Source: Longimicrobiales bacterium (lineage in GTDB: Bacteria > Gemmatimonadota > Gemmatimonadetes > Longimicrobiales > Gaopeijiaceae). From it: a DNA stretch of 64,000 nucleotides. The notes under the pieces are model-generated. The model was given only the letters and a program-made list of their open reading frames with translations, did no database searches and was not told the origin of the DNA. The position numbers and the translations under genes were made by a program. The DNA lies in assembly GCA_963664435.2 (NCBI GenBank), contig CAXXKM010000001.1, forward strand, positions 1,248,001 through 1,312,000, given 5' to 3'. Position 1 is the first letter of the stretch; each line of letters opens with the position of its first letter. Shown one piece after another: positions 26,038 to 36,762 of this stretch.

Positions 26038-26979
26038 CTACCGCCCCGGCCCTTCTCCGCGCGCGGCAAGCTCCGATGGAAGCAGCGCCGCGTGCATGAA
26101 CTGGTGAAGCGGGGTGGCCACCCCGCACTCGCGCCCGAGGCGGACCACCGCGCCGCTCAGCTGTTCCAGCTCCGAGGGCCGGCCGGCGGCGATGTCGCGG
26201 TGCATGGAGGGGATGGAGCCGCAGGGGAGACCATCCAGGAAGGCCAGCGAAGCCGCGATTACGCCGTCCGGCAGGCGCACCCCGCGGGCTGCGGCCACGG
26301 CGGCGGTCTCCTCCATCGAGCGGCGCAGAAGGTCCCGTGCGGGCGGGGTGGCGCGCACCTCGCCAAGCGGTACCCGGGCCACCGAACACACCCCACTCAC
26401 CGAGGCCATGAGGAGGAGCTTGTGCCACAGTTCCGCCTCGATGTCGTCGGAGACCACAACGGACACGCCCGGGGCCCGCTTCAGCGCTGCCGCAAGCCGG
26501 TCGCAACGGCTGGTGCGTCGCCCGTCGCGCTCCCCCATCACGATCACCGGGTCGATGCCCGTGTGGCGGATGCGGCCGGGCTCGACCAGCTCGCACAGGA
26601 TGCGGGTGAGACCGCCGGCCACCGCCTCGGCAGGCAGCGACCGTTCCAACTGCGTCGCCGCCTCCACTCCGTTCTGGAGCGGAACCACCACCGTGTGCCG
26701 GCCCACCAGCGGCCGGAGTGCCCGGCCGGCCGCCTCGACCTGCCAGGTCTTGGTCGTCACCAGCACCGCGTCCGTTTTCCCGAGCGACGCGGGGTCATCG
26801 GTGGCGGCGACACGGTCCAGGCGCACGTCCCCCGCGATGCTCTCGATCCGCAGACCGCCCGACCGCAGCGCCGCCAACTGTGGTCCGCGCGCGACGAAGA
26901 CGACTTCCTCTCCCGCCTCGGCCAGGCGAGCTCCGAAGTAGCCGCCGACGGCTCCGGCCCCATGGATCACGATTCGCAT
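26038..26979 (-). CDS. panE: 2-dehydropantoate 2-reductase
   Basis: [31 protein letters not shown]. Confidence 0.9.
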   Translation of the reverse strand: MRIVIHGAGAVGGYFGARLAEAGEEVVFVARGPQLAALRSGGLRIESIAGDVRLDRVAATDDPASLGKTDAVLVTTKTWQVEAAGRALRPLVGRHTVVVPLQNGVEAATQLERSLPAEAVAGGLTRILCELVEPGRIRHTGIDPVIVMGERDGRRTSRCDRLAAALKRAPGVSVVVSDDIEAELWHKLLLMASVSGVCSVARVPLGEVRATPPARDLLRRSMEETAAVAAARGVRLPDGVIAASLAFLDGLPCGSIPSMHRDIAAGRPSELEQLSGAVVRLGRECGVATPLHQFMHAALLPSELAARGEGPGR

Positions 26980-27181
26980 GGCCAACTCCCCGAGACAGGC
27001 CCCAAGACGCCGCGCGCGGCACGGCGGCACCGGCACGGCGGGCGAAGACGGTCTCGCCTGCGCCACGAGCGGCCACACCGGCCAACCCGCCCTTTCGCAC
27101 GCCGGGACAATTATCTTTGAGGCGCGAAAAAGAAAGCTCTGCATCCCAGGAGCTGCATCCCAACATCCGGAGGTTCCCGGC

Positions 27182-28585
27182 ATGTCCAACCGGTTTCGCG
27201 TCGAGCGTGATTCGCTGGGCGAAGTCCATGTCCCCGCCGACGCCCTCTACGGGGCCCAGACGCAGCGCGCCTTCGAGAACTTCCCCATAAGCGGCCAGCG
27301 TTTCGGGCGCCGGTTCATCCAGGCGCTGGGGCTGATCAAGAAGTCGGCCGCGCGCGTCAACCGCGAACTGGGATACCTCGACGGCCACACGGCGCGCGCA
27401 ATCGCCGCCGCCGCCGCCGAGGTCGCCCGCGGCGACCGGGACGGCGAGTTCGTGCTCGACGTCTACCAGACCGGCTCCGGGACGTCCTCCAATATGAACG
27501 CCAACGAGGTGATCGCAGCGCTCGCCAACCGCATCCTGGAGGGCTCCGGGGCCGCGCCCGTGCATCCCAACGACCACGTCAACTTCGGCCAGTCTTCCAA
27601 CGACGTGATTCCGACCGCCATCCACGTCTCCGCGCGCACAGCGATCGAGGAGGAGCTGATTCCCGCGCTCGAACACCTGCGCGGTCTGCTCGCGGCGAAG
27701 GCCGAGGCCTTCGACGGCGTGCTCAAGTCGGGCCGCACCCACCTGATGGACGCGACGCCGGTGCGGCTGGGGCAGGAGTTCGGCGGCTATGCCATGCAGG
27801 TCACGCGCGCCATCGAGCGCCTTCGGCACGCCTCGGCGGAGCTGGCCGAACTGGCGCTGGGCGGCACCGCGACCGGAACCGGCATCAACACCCACCCCGA
27901 CTTCGCGCGCCTCACCATCGAGCATCTCTCCCGCGAGACCGGCCTCGCGTTTCGGGAAGCGGAGAACCATTTCGCGGCACAGGGCTCCCAGGACGCCTGC
28001 GTGAGCGCCTCCGGAGCCCTGAACGCGGCCGCATCCGGCCTGATGAAGATCGCCGACGACATTCGCTGGCTCTCGTCGGGCCCGACTTCGGGGATTCACG
28101 AAATCCGGCTTCCCGCCGTCCAGCCGGGAAGTTCCATCATGCCCGGCAAGGTGAATCCGGTCATGTCGGAGGCGCTGATGATGGTCGCGGCCCGCGTGGC
28201 CGGGAACCACACCGCCGTTACCATCGCCGGAAGCCGCGGCAACTTCGAACTGAACGTGATGCTGCCGGTCATCGCTCACTCGCTGCTGGAGTCGATCACG
28301 CTGCTCGCCGGGGCGAGCCGCGCCTTCGCGGACCGGTGCGTCGCCGGCATCGAGGCCAACCGGGAGCGGGCGCGCGAACTGCTCGACCGCAACCCCGCGA
28401 TCGCGACCGCGCTCAACCCCTACATCGGCTACGACGCGGCCGCCAGGGTGGCCAAGCAGGCCGCCCGCGAGGGCAGGGCGGTGCGCGAGATCGTGCAGGC
28501 GAGGGGTCTGCTTGACGAGGAGACCCTGGAGGAGGCGCTGGACGTGCGGGGGATGACGGAGCCCGGGCTGCCGGCAAAGGAGTAG
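27182..28585 (+). CDS. fumC: Class II fumarate hydratase
   Basis: [42 protein letters not shown] signature. Confidence 0.93.
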   Translation: MSNRFRVERDSLGEVHVPADALYGAQTQRAFENFPISGQRFGRRFIQALGLIKKSAARVNRELGYLDGHTARAIAAAAAEVARGDRDGEFVLDVYQTGSGTSSNMNANEVIAALANRILEGSGAAPVHPNDHVNFGQSSNDVIPTAIHVSARTAIEEELIPALEHLRGLLAAKAEAFDGVLKSGRTHLMDATPVRLGQEFGGYAMQVTRAIERLRHASAELAELALGGTATGTGINTHPDFARLTIEHLSRETGLAFREAENHFAAQGSQDACVSASGALNAAASGLMKIADDIRWLSSGPTSGIHEIRLPAVQPGSSIMPGKVNPVMSEALMMVAARVAGNHTAVTIAGSRGNFELNVMLPVIAHSLLESITLLAGASRAFADRCVAGIEANRERARELLDRNPAIATALNPYIGYDAAARVAKQAAREGRAVREIVQARGLLDEETLEEALDVRGMTEPGLPAKE

Positions 28586-28601
28586 CCGAGCGCCCCCTCA
28601 T

Positions 28602-28715
28602 TTCCCGACCGGGAATATTTCGTTGGCGAGGATTCGCCGCGGCCACGATTGCTCCCGATCGGGAATAAACCAGTTGGCGCAACGGCGACGCGCTCGTATT
28701 TTTCCCGATCGGGAA
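28602..28715. promoter_or_regulatory. Three palindromic operators (consensus TTCCCGATCGGGAA) with 50-bp period upstream of hipB
   Basis: TTCCCGACCGGGAA 28602-15, CTCCCGATCGGGAA 28652-65, TTCCCGATCGGGAA 28702-15. Confidence 0.75.
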
Positions 28716-28760
28716 AGAATCACCGCACCGGCCCGCTCATCCTTCATCGAGGCCCTTCCC

Positions 28761-29003
28761 ATGACTCGTACCCCCATGACTCCCACGGAGATCGGAAGGA
28801 TTGTCCGCGCCACTCGCCGAGCGCAGGGTCTCCGCCAGGACCAGTTGGCAGGTGCCGCCAACGTGGGACCGCGCTTTCTTTCCGAGCTTGAGGCGGGCAA
28901 GAAGACCGCGCAGGTCGGCAAGGTGCTCGGGGTGCTCGCCGCCCTGGGTTGCGAACTGAGCATCAAGTCTCCCGACCCACCTGGGGACCGGCCTGACGCA
29001 TGA
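28761..29003 (+). CDS. hipB: HipB-like (y4mF family) Xre HTH antitoxin
   Basis: IGRIVRATRRAQGLRQDQLAGAANVGPRFLSELEAGKKTAQVGKVL; ATGA overlap with the hipA remnant. Confidence 0.85.
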   Translation: MTRTPMTPTEIGRIVRATRRAQGLRQDQLAGAANVGPRFLSELEAGKKTAQVGKVLGVLAALGCELSIKSPDPPGDRPDA

Positions 29004-29345
29004 CGCGCTCGCTGACGGTATGGTGGGACCGCGAAGTCGTCGGCTCGCTGGCACTCGACCGACACGGCACCATGCGGTTCGCGTACGCTCCCCGCTGGCT
29101 GGCCGAGGATTCTGCTCCGCCGGTGTCTTTTTCCCTGCCGAAGCGACCGGCGTCCTTCAGCACGCGCGAGTGCCTGCCCTTTTTTGAGGGCCTGCTGCCG
29201 GAGGGAGCGCAGCGAGATGCCGTAGCCGCCGCTCTCGGCATCTCACGTGGCAGAGCTGGTCTCGCCGGGTCTTCGCGAGGAGGCTCTGGCGGGATGCGCC
29301 AGGCGAGTTTCGGGGAGGGCGCGGCGGCTGGCGGAGAGCGTGTGA
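29000..29345 (+). pseudogene. hipA: hipA toxin remnant with the kinase domain internally deleted
   Basis: HipA N-terminal domain (VGSL...MRFAYAPRWL...SFSLP...PFFEGLLPEGAQR) ends at about 29245; the +1 frame then reads VAELVSPGLREEALAGCARRVSGRARRLAESV*, resembling a HipA C-terminal tail; no kinase motifs. Confidence 0.75.
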
Positions 29346-29452
29346 TTCGCCCGATGGAGACGACCCGAGCCCGGGCCGCCGGCGAAGGGGCAGCCGAGCG
29401 CGATCGGCCGCGGAAGGAGTACCCGGAGATTGGCTAAACTAATCGGACTAAG

Positions 29453-30196
29453 CTAACCTCCGGGCCCAGACAGGCGCGTAACCGCTTCGTCGAACGAGGA
29501 GATGCCTTCCTCGCCGGTGAGCTTGACCTCCCCGGTCAGTTCCCCGCCCCGGTTGAGCACGAAGGTGGGCGTCCCCTCCACTGCCATGAGCTGGGCCAGG
29601 TTCATGTCGCTCAGGATGAGGGGCGCGACGGTGTCGCGGATGAGGCAGGCCTGGAACTCCTCCAGCGGCAGGTTGATGTCGGCCGCGAACTGGAGAAAGA
29701 CGGGAATCGGGTCCTGTAGCGGCTGCCACACGCTCTGGTTCATGTAGAGGCGGTGCTGCATCGCCTCGAAACCCTGCCGGTCGTTCAGCCCCCCCGCGCA
29801 CAGCGCGGCTTCGGCCGCGTGAAACCCGCGCATGAGACGGGCGAGCGGAAACATGCGCACCACGAAGTTCGCCCTCCCGGTGTCGACGAAGCTCGCCTTC
29901 AGCGAATCCGTGCGCAGGATGTAGAAGGACCGGCAGGTGGGACAGCCGAAGTCGATGAACTCGTCGATGCGCGCCAGGGTTGAATCCACCATGTAGATGC
30001 GCGAATTGTCGGCGCGCTCCAGGAATTCCACGTCCATCATGCTGAGCGCGATCCCGGCGGCAGCTTCCTGCTGCAGCGCGCTGGCCGACGTGGGAATCGC
30101 CGCAGCCAGGACGAGCGCCGCGATCATCGTCCGCCGGGCACGCTGGTGTTTCCTTCGCATGGCTTCAAGCCCCGTTGGGCGGCCCACCCCGGACAT
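29453..30196 (-). CDS. DsbA-like thioredoxin-fold protein
   Basis: EFIDFGCPTC, FPL, AAEAALCA, VEGTPTFVLN; signal peptide; RBS AAGGAG. Confidence 0.85.
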   Translation of the reverse strand: MSGVGRPTGLEAMRRKHQRARRTMIAALVLAAAIPTSASALQQEAAAGIALSMMDVEFLERADNSRIYMVDSTLARIDEFIDFGCPTCRSFYILRTDSLKASFVDTGRANFVVRMFPLARLMRGFHAAEAALCAGGLNDRQGFEAMQHRLYMNQSVWQPLQDPIPVFLQFAADINLPLEEFQACLIRDTVAPLILSDMNLAQLMAVEGTPTFVLNRGGELTGEVKLTGEEGISSFDEAVTRLSGPGG

Positions 30197-30292
30197 GGGC
30201 GATACTCCTTCCTTGTTGGTCAATGAGACCCTTGGCATGGCTCTCGCGCAGGGTTCGACTGCTTCCGGTTACCGCCGCTGGCGCCGAATGGT

Positions 30293-30667
30293 TCAGCGTC
30301 CTCTGGGAATCAGGCGAACGTAGCCGGCCTGGATCAGGAGATCGAAGGCCTCGCCGGCCGTGACCGCCAGCTCCTGGGTCCGGTAGACGCCGCCACCCAG
30401 CAGATCCACTTCGAAGCCGATGGTGGGCAGCCTCCACTCGCGAGTGAAGCGCTGCCGCGTCTTGCCGGAAACGCTTCCCAGCCGGGTGCGCCCTCCGCCG
30501 GTCGAGATGTAGATGCGCGCGTCGTTGAAATCGAGGTTGTCCACAAAAATGGTGATATCCCGCGATGGCTCGGCGCCGATGCCGACGGGCGCGCGTCGCT
30601 GTCCCGTGCAGCCGGCAGCCAGCAGGGCCGCCAGCACGCAGAACGCGAACAGGGGTCGAGTTGTCAT
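30293..30667 (-). CDS. Small hypothetical lipoprotein
   Basis: RBS GGAGGAGG, lipobox LAAGC, beta-rich mature part. Confidence 0.75.
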   Translation of the reverse strand: MTTRPLFAFCVLAALLAAGCTGQRRAPVGIGAEPSRDITIFVDNLDFNDARIYISTGGGRTRLGSVSGKTRQRFTREWRLPTIGFEVDLLGGGVYRTQELAVTAGEAFDLLIQAGYVRLIPRGR

Positions 30668-30945
30668 GATACCTCCTCCCGCGGGGGCCGGATGCCGGCT
30701 GGCCGCCGGCAGTCCGTCGTTTCCTGCCTGTGTACATTGTATCGCGAGTGGTGCGGGCCTGCTACCGGAAAAGGTCCCGGCGGGCGGCGTCGAGCGAAGG
30801 GCCCGGCACGCGGGGTTGCCCGCGCGACATGCGCCGATGAAGCTGGTTCATGGCTCGCACCGGCTCACGGGCGTACGTGGCGGGCAGGAGACAACCATCC
30901 ATCCATGAGGCTCCGGATGCCGATAGCGGTCGAAAGGCGGGCGGC

Positions 30946-32163
30946 GTGGCGAGGGTGACGCGGTTCCCGGACGACCTGGTGGAGCGCGTGCCGGGGGGGG
31001 ATGCGATCACCCTGATCGTGCTCGACGGAGTGGGCGGACTCCCCCACCCCGCCACCGGCCTGACCGAGCTGGAGTCCGCGCGCACGCCCAACCTGGACGC
31101 GATGGCCGCGGAGAGCTCGCTGGGCATGCAGGTGCCGGTCGCGCCCGGGATCACGCCGGGGAGCGGCCCCGCCCACCTCGCCCTGTTCGGGTACGACCCG
31201 GCCCGCTACCTGATCGGGCGCGGTGTGCTGGCCGCGCTGGGGGTCGGGATTCGGCTGCGCGAGGGGGACGTGGCCGCCCGGCTCAACCTTGCCACCCTGG
31301 ACGGGCGCGGCCGCGTGACCGACCGCCGCGCGGGGCGGCCCGACAACGCCGAGGGGCGGCGGCTGGTGCGGCGGCTGCGGGAGGGCGTGACCGCGCCGCC
31401 CGGGGTGGACCTCCACTTCCAGCACGTCATGGAGCACCGCGTGGTCATGGTGCTGCGCGGCGACGGCCTGGGCGCGGAGGTCTCGGACACCGACCCGCAG
31501 CGCACCGGCGTCCCGCCCCGCCCACCCGGGGCGCCCGACGGAGACGCGGCATCCGCGCGCACGGCCGAAGCTGCCGGCCGAATCCTGGAGCAGGCCGCGG
31601 AGGTGCTCGCCGGCGAGCCCGTCGCCAACGGGGTGCTCGCCCGCGGATTCGCCGAATACCGGGCCCCACCCGGCTTTGCCCGGCGGTATGGGCTGAAGGC
31701 GGTGGCGGTGGCGCGCTATCCCATGTACCGGGGGGTGGCCCGTCTGGTCGGAATGGAGGCTGCGGGAACGCCGGACTCCGACGAGGAGGCGGTGGAGCTG
31801 ATGCGGGCCGCCGCCGGTCACGCCGACTTCCGCTTTTTCCACTACAAGGCGACGGATTCCCGAGGGGAGGACGGGGATTTCGAGGGCAAGGTCGGCGCCA
31901 TCGAGGCGATGGACCGCCTTCTGCCGGGGCTGGACGACGGGGGCGTGGTGATCGTCACCGGCGACCACAGCACCCCCGCGACCATGGCCGCTCATTCCTG
32001 GCACGCGGTGCCGCTCCTGATCCGGTCGCGCCGGGCCCGGCCGACCGGGCGCCGCCTGACCGAAAACGCGTGCCGGCGGGGCGATCTGGGCACCATCGCG
32101 GCACGGCACATCATGGCGCTGGCCTTGGCGCACGCGGGCCGGCTGGCGAAGTTCGGCAGCTGA
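30946..32163 (+). CDS. apgM: 2,3-bisphosphoglycerate-independent phosphoglycerate mutase, ApgM type
   Basis: VLDGVGG, TPNLD, PGSGPAHLALFGYDP, HYKATD, TGDHSTP...HSWH. Confidence 0.9.
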   Translation: MARVTRFPDDLVERVPGGDAITLIVLDGVGGLPHPATGLTELESARTPNLDAMAAESSLGMQVPVAPGITPGSGPAHLALFGYDPARYLIGRGVLAALGVGIRLREGDVAARLNLATLDGRGRVTDRRAGRPDNAEGRRLVRRLREGVTAPPGVDLHFQHVMEHRVVMVLRGDGLGAEVSDTDPQRTGVPPRPPGAPDGDAASARTAEAAGRILEQAAEVLAGEPVANGVLARGFAEYRAPPGFARRYGLKAVAVARYPMYRGVARLVGMEAAGTPDSDEEAVELMRAAAGHADFRFFHYKATDSRGEDGDFEGKVGAIEAMDRLLPGLDDGGVVIVTGDHSTPATMAAHSWHAVPLLIRSRRARPTGRRLTENACRRGDLGTIAARHIMALALAHAGRLAKFGS

Positions 32164-32194
32164 AGTTCGCGTCTTCCGCCGCCCGCAAGCACCC

Positions 32195-33466
32195 GTGATA
32201 TCCATCCCCTGCGAAGAGCACAGCCTCGAGAACGGACTCCGGATCGTCCTTTCTCCCGATCCATCCGTGCCCATCGTCGCCGTGAACCTCTGGTACGACG
32301 TGGGTTCCCGGAACGAAGGTCCCGGACAGACCGGCCTGGCCCATCTCTTCGAGCACATGATGTTCCAGGGATCCCGCCATGTGGCCGGCAACCAGCACTT
32401 CGAGCTGCTGGAGGGCGTCGGCGGTTCGGCCAACGCGTCCACGTGGTTCGATCGCACCAACTACTACGAGACCCTCCCCTCGCATCATCTGGAGCTGGCG
32501 CTCTGGCTCGAGGCGGATCGCATGGGATGGATGCTGCCCGCGCTCACCGCCGAGAAGCTCGAGAACCAGCGGGATGTGGTGAAGAACGAACGCCGGCAGC
32601 GCTACGACAACCAGCCCTACGGGGACTGGGATGAGCGCATGCTTGCGATGGTCTACCCGCCGGGGCACCCCTATCGCCATCCGGTCATCGGGTCACTGGA
32701 GGACATCGACGGGTTCACGCTCGACGACCTCGAGTCGTTCTTTCGCGCCTACTACGCGCCTGACAACGCCGTGCTCACGCTTTGCGGCGGCTTCGATCCC
32801 ACCCGCGCGCTCGAGTGGACTGAACGCTACTTCGGCGGGATCCCGCCGGGACCCGGGGCTCGGAGGATCGCCGGAGATGCGGACGCGGAGCGCGAGAACC
32901 ACACCGTTTCCAGCCAGACAGTCGAGGCCGATGTGCCGCTCACGCGGGTCTACGCGGCGATGCGCGTGCCCACCTTCGACGATCCCGCCTACTACGCCGC
33001 CGACGTCGCGGGCGACATTCTGGGAAGGGGACGGGCATCGCGACTCCATCGCTCGCTGGTGCGTGAGCGACGGGTCGCCAAGGATGTCGCGGCGCACGTT
33101 TTTCCGCTGATGACCGGGGCCGCGATGATGCTGGTTCGGGCGACGGGCAACATGGGGGTCGACCCGCGGGAGCTGGAGGCAGCCCTGGTCGAGGAGATCG
33201 ACGGGCTGAGGGCGGTCGCCGGGGAGGAAGTCGCCCGGGCCGTGGCCATGGCCGAGACGGCCATTCTCGGGCAACTCGAAGTCGTGGCCCAGCGGGCCGA
33301 TCTGCTCTCGATGTTCGCGACGCATTTCGGAGATCCGCAGCGGATCTCCACGGAAATCAATCGCCTGCGCGCGGTCACGCCGGAGGCGGTGGCGACCCTG
33401 GCCGGAGAACGCCTGGGGCCGGAGAACCGGGCGATTCTGACGTACGTGCCCCGGACATCCGCTTGA
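32195..33466 (+). CDS. M16 family (pitrilysin) peptidase, catalytic subunit
   Basis: GLAHLFEHMMFQGS inverted zincin motif, NAST..DRTNY, LEADRM. Confidence 0.92.
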   Translation: MISIPCEEHSLENGLRIVLSPDPSVPIVAVNLWYDVGSRNEGPGQTGLAHLFEHMMFQGSRHVAGNQHFELLEGVGGSANASTWFDRTNYYETLPSHHLELALWLEADRMGWMLPALTAEKLENQRDVVKNERRQRYDNQPYGDWDERMLAMVYPPGHPYRHPVIGSLEDIDGFTLDDLESFFRAYYAPDNAVLTLCGGFDPTRALEWTERYFGGIPPGPGARRIAGDADAERENHTVSSQTVEADVPLTRVYAAMRVPTFDDPAYYAADVAGDILGRGRASRLHRSLVRERRVAKDVAAHVFPLMTGAAMMLVRATGNMGVDPRELEAALVEEIDGLRAVAGEEVARAVAMAETAILGQLEVVAQRADLLSMFATHFGDPQRISTEINRLRAVTPEAVATLAGERLGPENRAILTYVPRTSA

Positions 33467-34818
33467 GCCCCGCAGGCTTCCCCCGCACACCGCCGGGACC
33501 GGGACCGGTTGCGCCCTTCACGATTCCGACGGTGCATGCCGCGAGACTCGATTCCGGGCTGGAGCTGCGAGTCGCGCGCCGGGATGGGGTTCCGCTGGTG
33601 ACCGCCCTCCTGGTCATGGATGCAGGCGAGGCGACCCTGGCGGGCGAGCAGGCCGGGCTGGCGGTGCTGACGGGCAAGGCGCTGCACGGCGGCACCGCGC
33701 GCCGGTCGGCGGTGGAGTTGGCGTGCGCCCTCGAGGACATGGGTACGCACCTGGCGACGTCGGTCGGCTGGGATTCCACGGTGGTCTCCCTGACCTGCGC
33801 CGCCGACCGGTTTCCGCGCGCCCTCCGGTTGCTGTCGGAAGTCGTCCTGACTCCGGGGTTTCCGGATGAAGAGGTGGAGCGCACCCGCGAGCAGCAGCTG
33901 GGAGGGATCCGGCAACGCAGGATGTATCCCGCGCAGCTCGCCACCGCGGCCGCGGCACACTTCTTCTTCGGGAAGGGGGCCACCTACGGGCGGCCGATGG
34001 CGGGCACGGAAGGGACGGTCGCGGGCCTGGAGCGCACGCATGTGGCCGGCTTCGCAGCCGGCCGCTTCCGGCCGCGGGGAGCTGCGCTGGTCGTCGCGGG
34101 CGATGTCTCGGGGGCGGCGGTGACGGACCTCTCGGCCGAGTGTTTCGGCGGCTGGCGGGGGCAGGCCGCTCCCGTCGAAGCGACGGCCGGGCCCCGCTTC
34201 GGCGAGCGTCGCTTCGTGATCGTCCATCGCCCGGGCGCGGTTCAGTCGGAGCTGCGCATCGGCCATGCCAGCGTGGCGCGCACGACGCCCGACTACTTCC
34301 CGCTGATCGTGCTCAACGCCGTGCTCGGGGGCGCGTTCACCAGTCGCCTCAACCTGAACCTCAGGGAAGACAAGGGCTTCACCTACGGAGTGAGCTCGCA
34401 CTTCCTCCTCCGGCGCGCGGGCGGGATGTTCCGCATCGCCACGGCAGTGGCGACCGAAGACACCGCGGCGGCCGTCCGGGAGGTGCTTGCGGAGACGGAG
34501 ACGCTGGTTGCCGACGGACCCACGCCGGCCGAAGTGCGCGGCGCGCGCGACTACCTGGCGGGGATCTTCCCGCTGCGCCTGGAGACCACCGCCCAGGTCG
34601 CGTCGGGCATCGCGCGGATGTTCGTGCACGGCCTCGCCCCTGATTACCACGCGCGCTACCGCGACCGGGTGCGGGCGGTGCAGGTCGACGACGCGGCGGG
34701 CGCGGCCCGTCGCCGGATCCGCCCGGACGCCCTCACGGTGGTGGTAGCGGGCGACGCCGACCAGGTGGCGCCGGAGCTCGAATCCCTCGGCCCGGTCGAA
34801 GTCCACCACGACTTCTGA
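33463..34818 (+). CDS. M16 family peptidase, non-catalytic partner subunit
   Basis: M16 fold with SRLNLNLREDKGFTYG but no HxxEH; TTGA overlap with the catalytic subunit. Confidence 0.88.
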   Translation: MSPAGFPRTPPGPGPVAPFTIPTVHAARLDSGLELRVARRDGVPLVTALLVMDAGEATLAGEQAGLAVLTGKALHGGTARRSAVELACALEDMGTHLATSVGWDSTVVSLTCAADRFPRALRLLSEVVLTPGFPDEEVERTREQQLGGIRQRRMYPAQLATAAAAHFFFGKGATYGRPMAGTEGTVAGLERTHVAGFAAGRFRPRGAALVVAGDVSGAAVTDLSAECFGGWRGQAAPVEATAGPRFGERRFVIVHRPGAVQSELRIGHASVARTTPDYFPLIVLNAVLGGAFTSRLNLNLREDKGFTYGVSSHFLLRRAGGMFRIATAVATEDTAAAVREVLAETETLVADGPTPAEVRGARDYLAGIFPLRLETTAQVASGIARMFVHGLAPDYHARYRDRVRAVQVDDAAGAARRRIRPDALTVVVAGDADQVAPELESLGPVEVHHDF

Positions 34819-35076
34819 CCCGCCTGTGCGCGTCCGCCGCTGCGCGGACGACGCCCATCCATGAAAGGCAGCCGCCGGCAGGGGGCACGACCGGAGCGCG
34901 CGCGCCGGGAGGCTCCTCCGGGCAAACCCGCGGTGCGTCGCGACCTCCTCCGGGCAACCCCTCGCCGCCCGGCCGCGCCTAACGTCCGGAAAGCAGCCGC
35001 TCTCGTATGACCGCTGGCGTCATGCGGGTCGCCCTGCCCGCGTCTTCGGGACGCAGCATCAACGGGAGAAACCGCG

Positions 35077-35814
35077 TTGCCCGAAAGGGAGTTGCCACCA
35101 TACCTGTCCGCCGGTCGAGCCGTGTACCCGGGGGGCGACACCGTTCGATACCCGGGACCGGACGCGATCCCGGGACCGGATGGGACGGGCCGCCTGTCGA
35201 GCCGGGTGGTTCACGATGGCCGGGTGGTTCACCTTTCCGTCGACCGGGTGCGCTTTCCGGACGGATCCGAGGGCGACCTGGAACTGATCCGGCACCCCGG
35301 GGCCGCCGCGGTGGTGCCCTTCGTGGATCCGCCGGAGTCGCCCGACCCCGCGATTCTGCTGCTCCGGCAGTACCGCTACGCCTCTGGCGGCTACCTGTAC
35401 GAAGTGCCGGCGGGATTGCCCGAGGGGACGAACGAGGCCTGGGCGGAGTGCGCGCGGCGGGAGCTGGCGGAGGAGACCGGATTCACCGCGGCCCGGATCG
35501 ACTATCTGACCCGAATCTTCACGACACCCGGCTTCACCAACGAGGTGATTCACCTGTTCGCCGCGACCGGCCTCTCCGCTGGAGACGCCGTCCGCGACGC
35601 GGACGAGTTCATCACCGTGCAGGTGGTGCCGTTCTCCAGCGCCCTGGAGATGGTGCGCACAGGTCGGATCGTGGACTGCAAGACCGTCGCGGCCCTCCTG
35701 TACACCGCTGCCTTCCGGAGGACCCCGTCCGGAGACCGTGCCGTCCACCGCGGGAACGACGGCCGTCCTCCCCCGGGGACGCACCTGGGGCGCGAGGCCG
35801 GGGAGAGCGCGTGA
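35077..35814 (+). CDS. NUDIX hydrolase (ADP-ribose pyrophosphatase-like); start uncertain
   Basis: HPGAAAV, LLRQYRY, EVPAG...ARRELAEETG Nudix box, TTPG, IVDCKT. Confidence 0.88.
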   Translation: MPERELPPYLSAGRAVYPGGDTVRYPGPDAIPGPDGTGRLSSRVVHDGRVVHLSVDRVRFPDGSEGDLELIRHPGAAAVVPFVDPPESPDPAILLLRQYRYASGGYLYEVPAGLPEGTNEAWAECARRELAEETGFTAARIDYLTRIFTTPGFTNEVIHLFAATGLSAGDAVRDADEFITVQVVPFSSALEMVRTGRIVDCKTVAALLYTAAFRRTPSGDRAVHRGNDGRPPPGTHLGREAGESA

Positions 35815-35890
35815 ATCGTCTGGTACGAAACCTGCACACAACAATGCCCTGTTCGAGGGCACAAAGAGCCAAGTCTGGCAGTGGAGCGAA

Positions 35891-36532
35891 ATGAATACCG
35901 AAAAGAGCCTGGCAAGGAAGCCGGCGAGGCCGGCGCACGAAACCCGGGACGCCCTCAGGAAGCTGGACGACAGCGCCGTCGTGAAGCGGTTCCTCGAGGG
36001 CGAGCAGAGAGCCTTCGGGATTCTGGTGGACCGCTACGACAATCGCCTGGTCAACTTCGTCTACCGGACCATCGGCGACCGGGAGCGGGCGCAGGACCTG
36101 GTGCAGGAGACCTTCATCCGGGTCTACCGCCACCTCCACCGCTTCGACCCCACCAAGAAGTTCTCCACCTGGATCTACACCATCGCCAGCAACCTGGCGA
36201 AGAACGAGCTGCGCAACCGCTCGCGAAACCCCCTCGTCTTCTTCCAGACCATCAAGAAGAACTGGGAGGCGGATCATCGGCCGCTGGAGTGGGAGGACCA
36301 CACCTACAGGCCCGACGACCTGTACCGCAAGAGACACCTCCGCGCGGTCGTCGAAAGGGCGGTCAGCGAACTGCCGGAGCATCACCGGGTGGTCTTCGTG
36401 CTGCGGGAACTCCAGGGGAAGACGTACGAGGAGATCTCCGAGATCACCGCGGTCAACCTGGGTACGGTGAAGAGCCGACTGAACCGGGCGCGCAACAACT
36501 TCGCCCGCATCGTCGCACCCATGCTGGACTGA
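35891..36532 (+). CDS. ECF RNA polymerase sigma-70 factor
   Basis: AQDLVQETFIRVY, FSTWIYTIASN, YEEISEI...GTVKSRLNRAR. Confidence 0.93.
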   Translation: MNTEKSLARKPARPAHETRDALRKLDDSAVVKRFLEGEQRAFGILVDRYDNRLVNFVYRTIGDRERAQDLVQETFIRVYRHLHRFDPTKKFSTWIYTIASNLAKNELRNRSRNPLVFFQTIKKNWEADHRPLEWEDHTYRPDDLYRKRHLRAVVERAVSELPEHHRVVFVLRELQGKTYEEISEITAVNLGTVKSRLNRARNNFARIVAPMLD

Positions 36533-36658
36533 GTCCGCGTCGGACGCACCATCCAGCTCGCGCTCCCGAACATCACCTTCCGCGCGTCCCCCCGCATGTG
36601 CGGGCGGCGCGCCCGCGGCCCCGCCGCCGGCTACCGGGTTCTGGCCCGGCCAGGGGTG

Positions 36659-36762
36659 GGAACCTCGTCCTGCCCCCTCCGGTAGCAGACCTTCCACCGT
36701 CTGGTCCCGGAGCCTCCTTCCCGCGAATTCGCGGGGGAACCCGAGCGTTGCACTTCAAGTAG
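36659..36762 (+). promoter_or_regulatory. Two candidate ECF-type promoters, GGAAC-N18-GTAG
   Basis: GGAAC 36659-63 with GTAG 36682-85, and GGAAC 36736-40 with GTAG 36759-62; identical spacing. Confidence 0.5.

Noticed and set aside
28602..28715. Mini CRISPR array (palindromic repeats with 36-nt unique spacers)
   Set aside because: Repeats are only 14 bp, there are no cas genes, and the position directly upstream of hipB fits operators better
23613..30238. UGA-recoded selenoproteins near selD
   Set aside because: SelD and the DsbA-like protein use Cys codons; I saw no in-frame TGA interrupting a recognisable domain
34819..35100. c-di-GMP-I riboswitch-like fragments (GGGCAAACC, GGGACGCA) and a duplicated CTCCTCCGGGCAA
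   Set aside because: Elements are too far apart and lack the GAAA tetraloop/receptor arrangement; a 49-codon ORF at 34861 has no recognisable features
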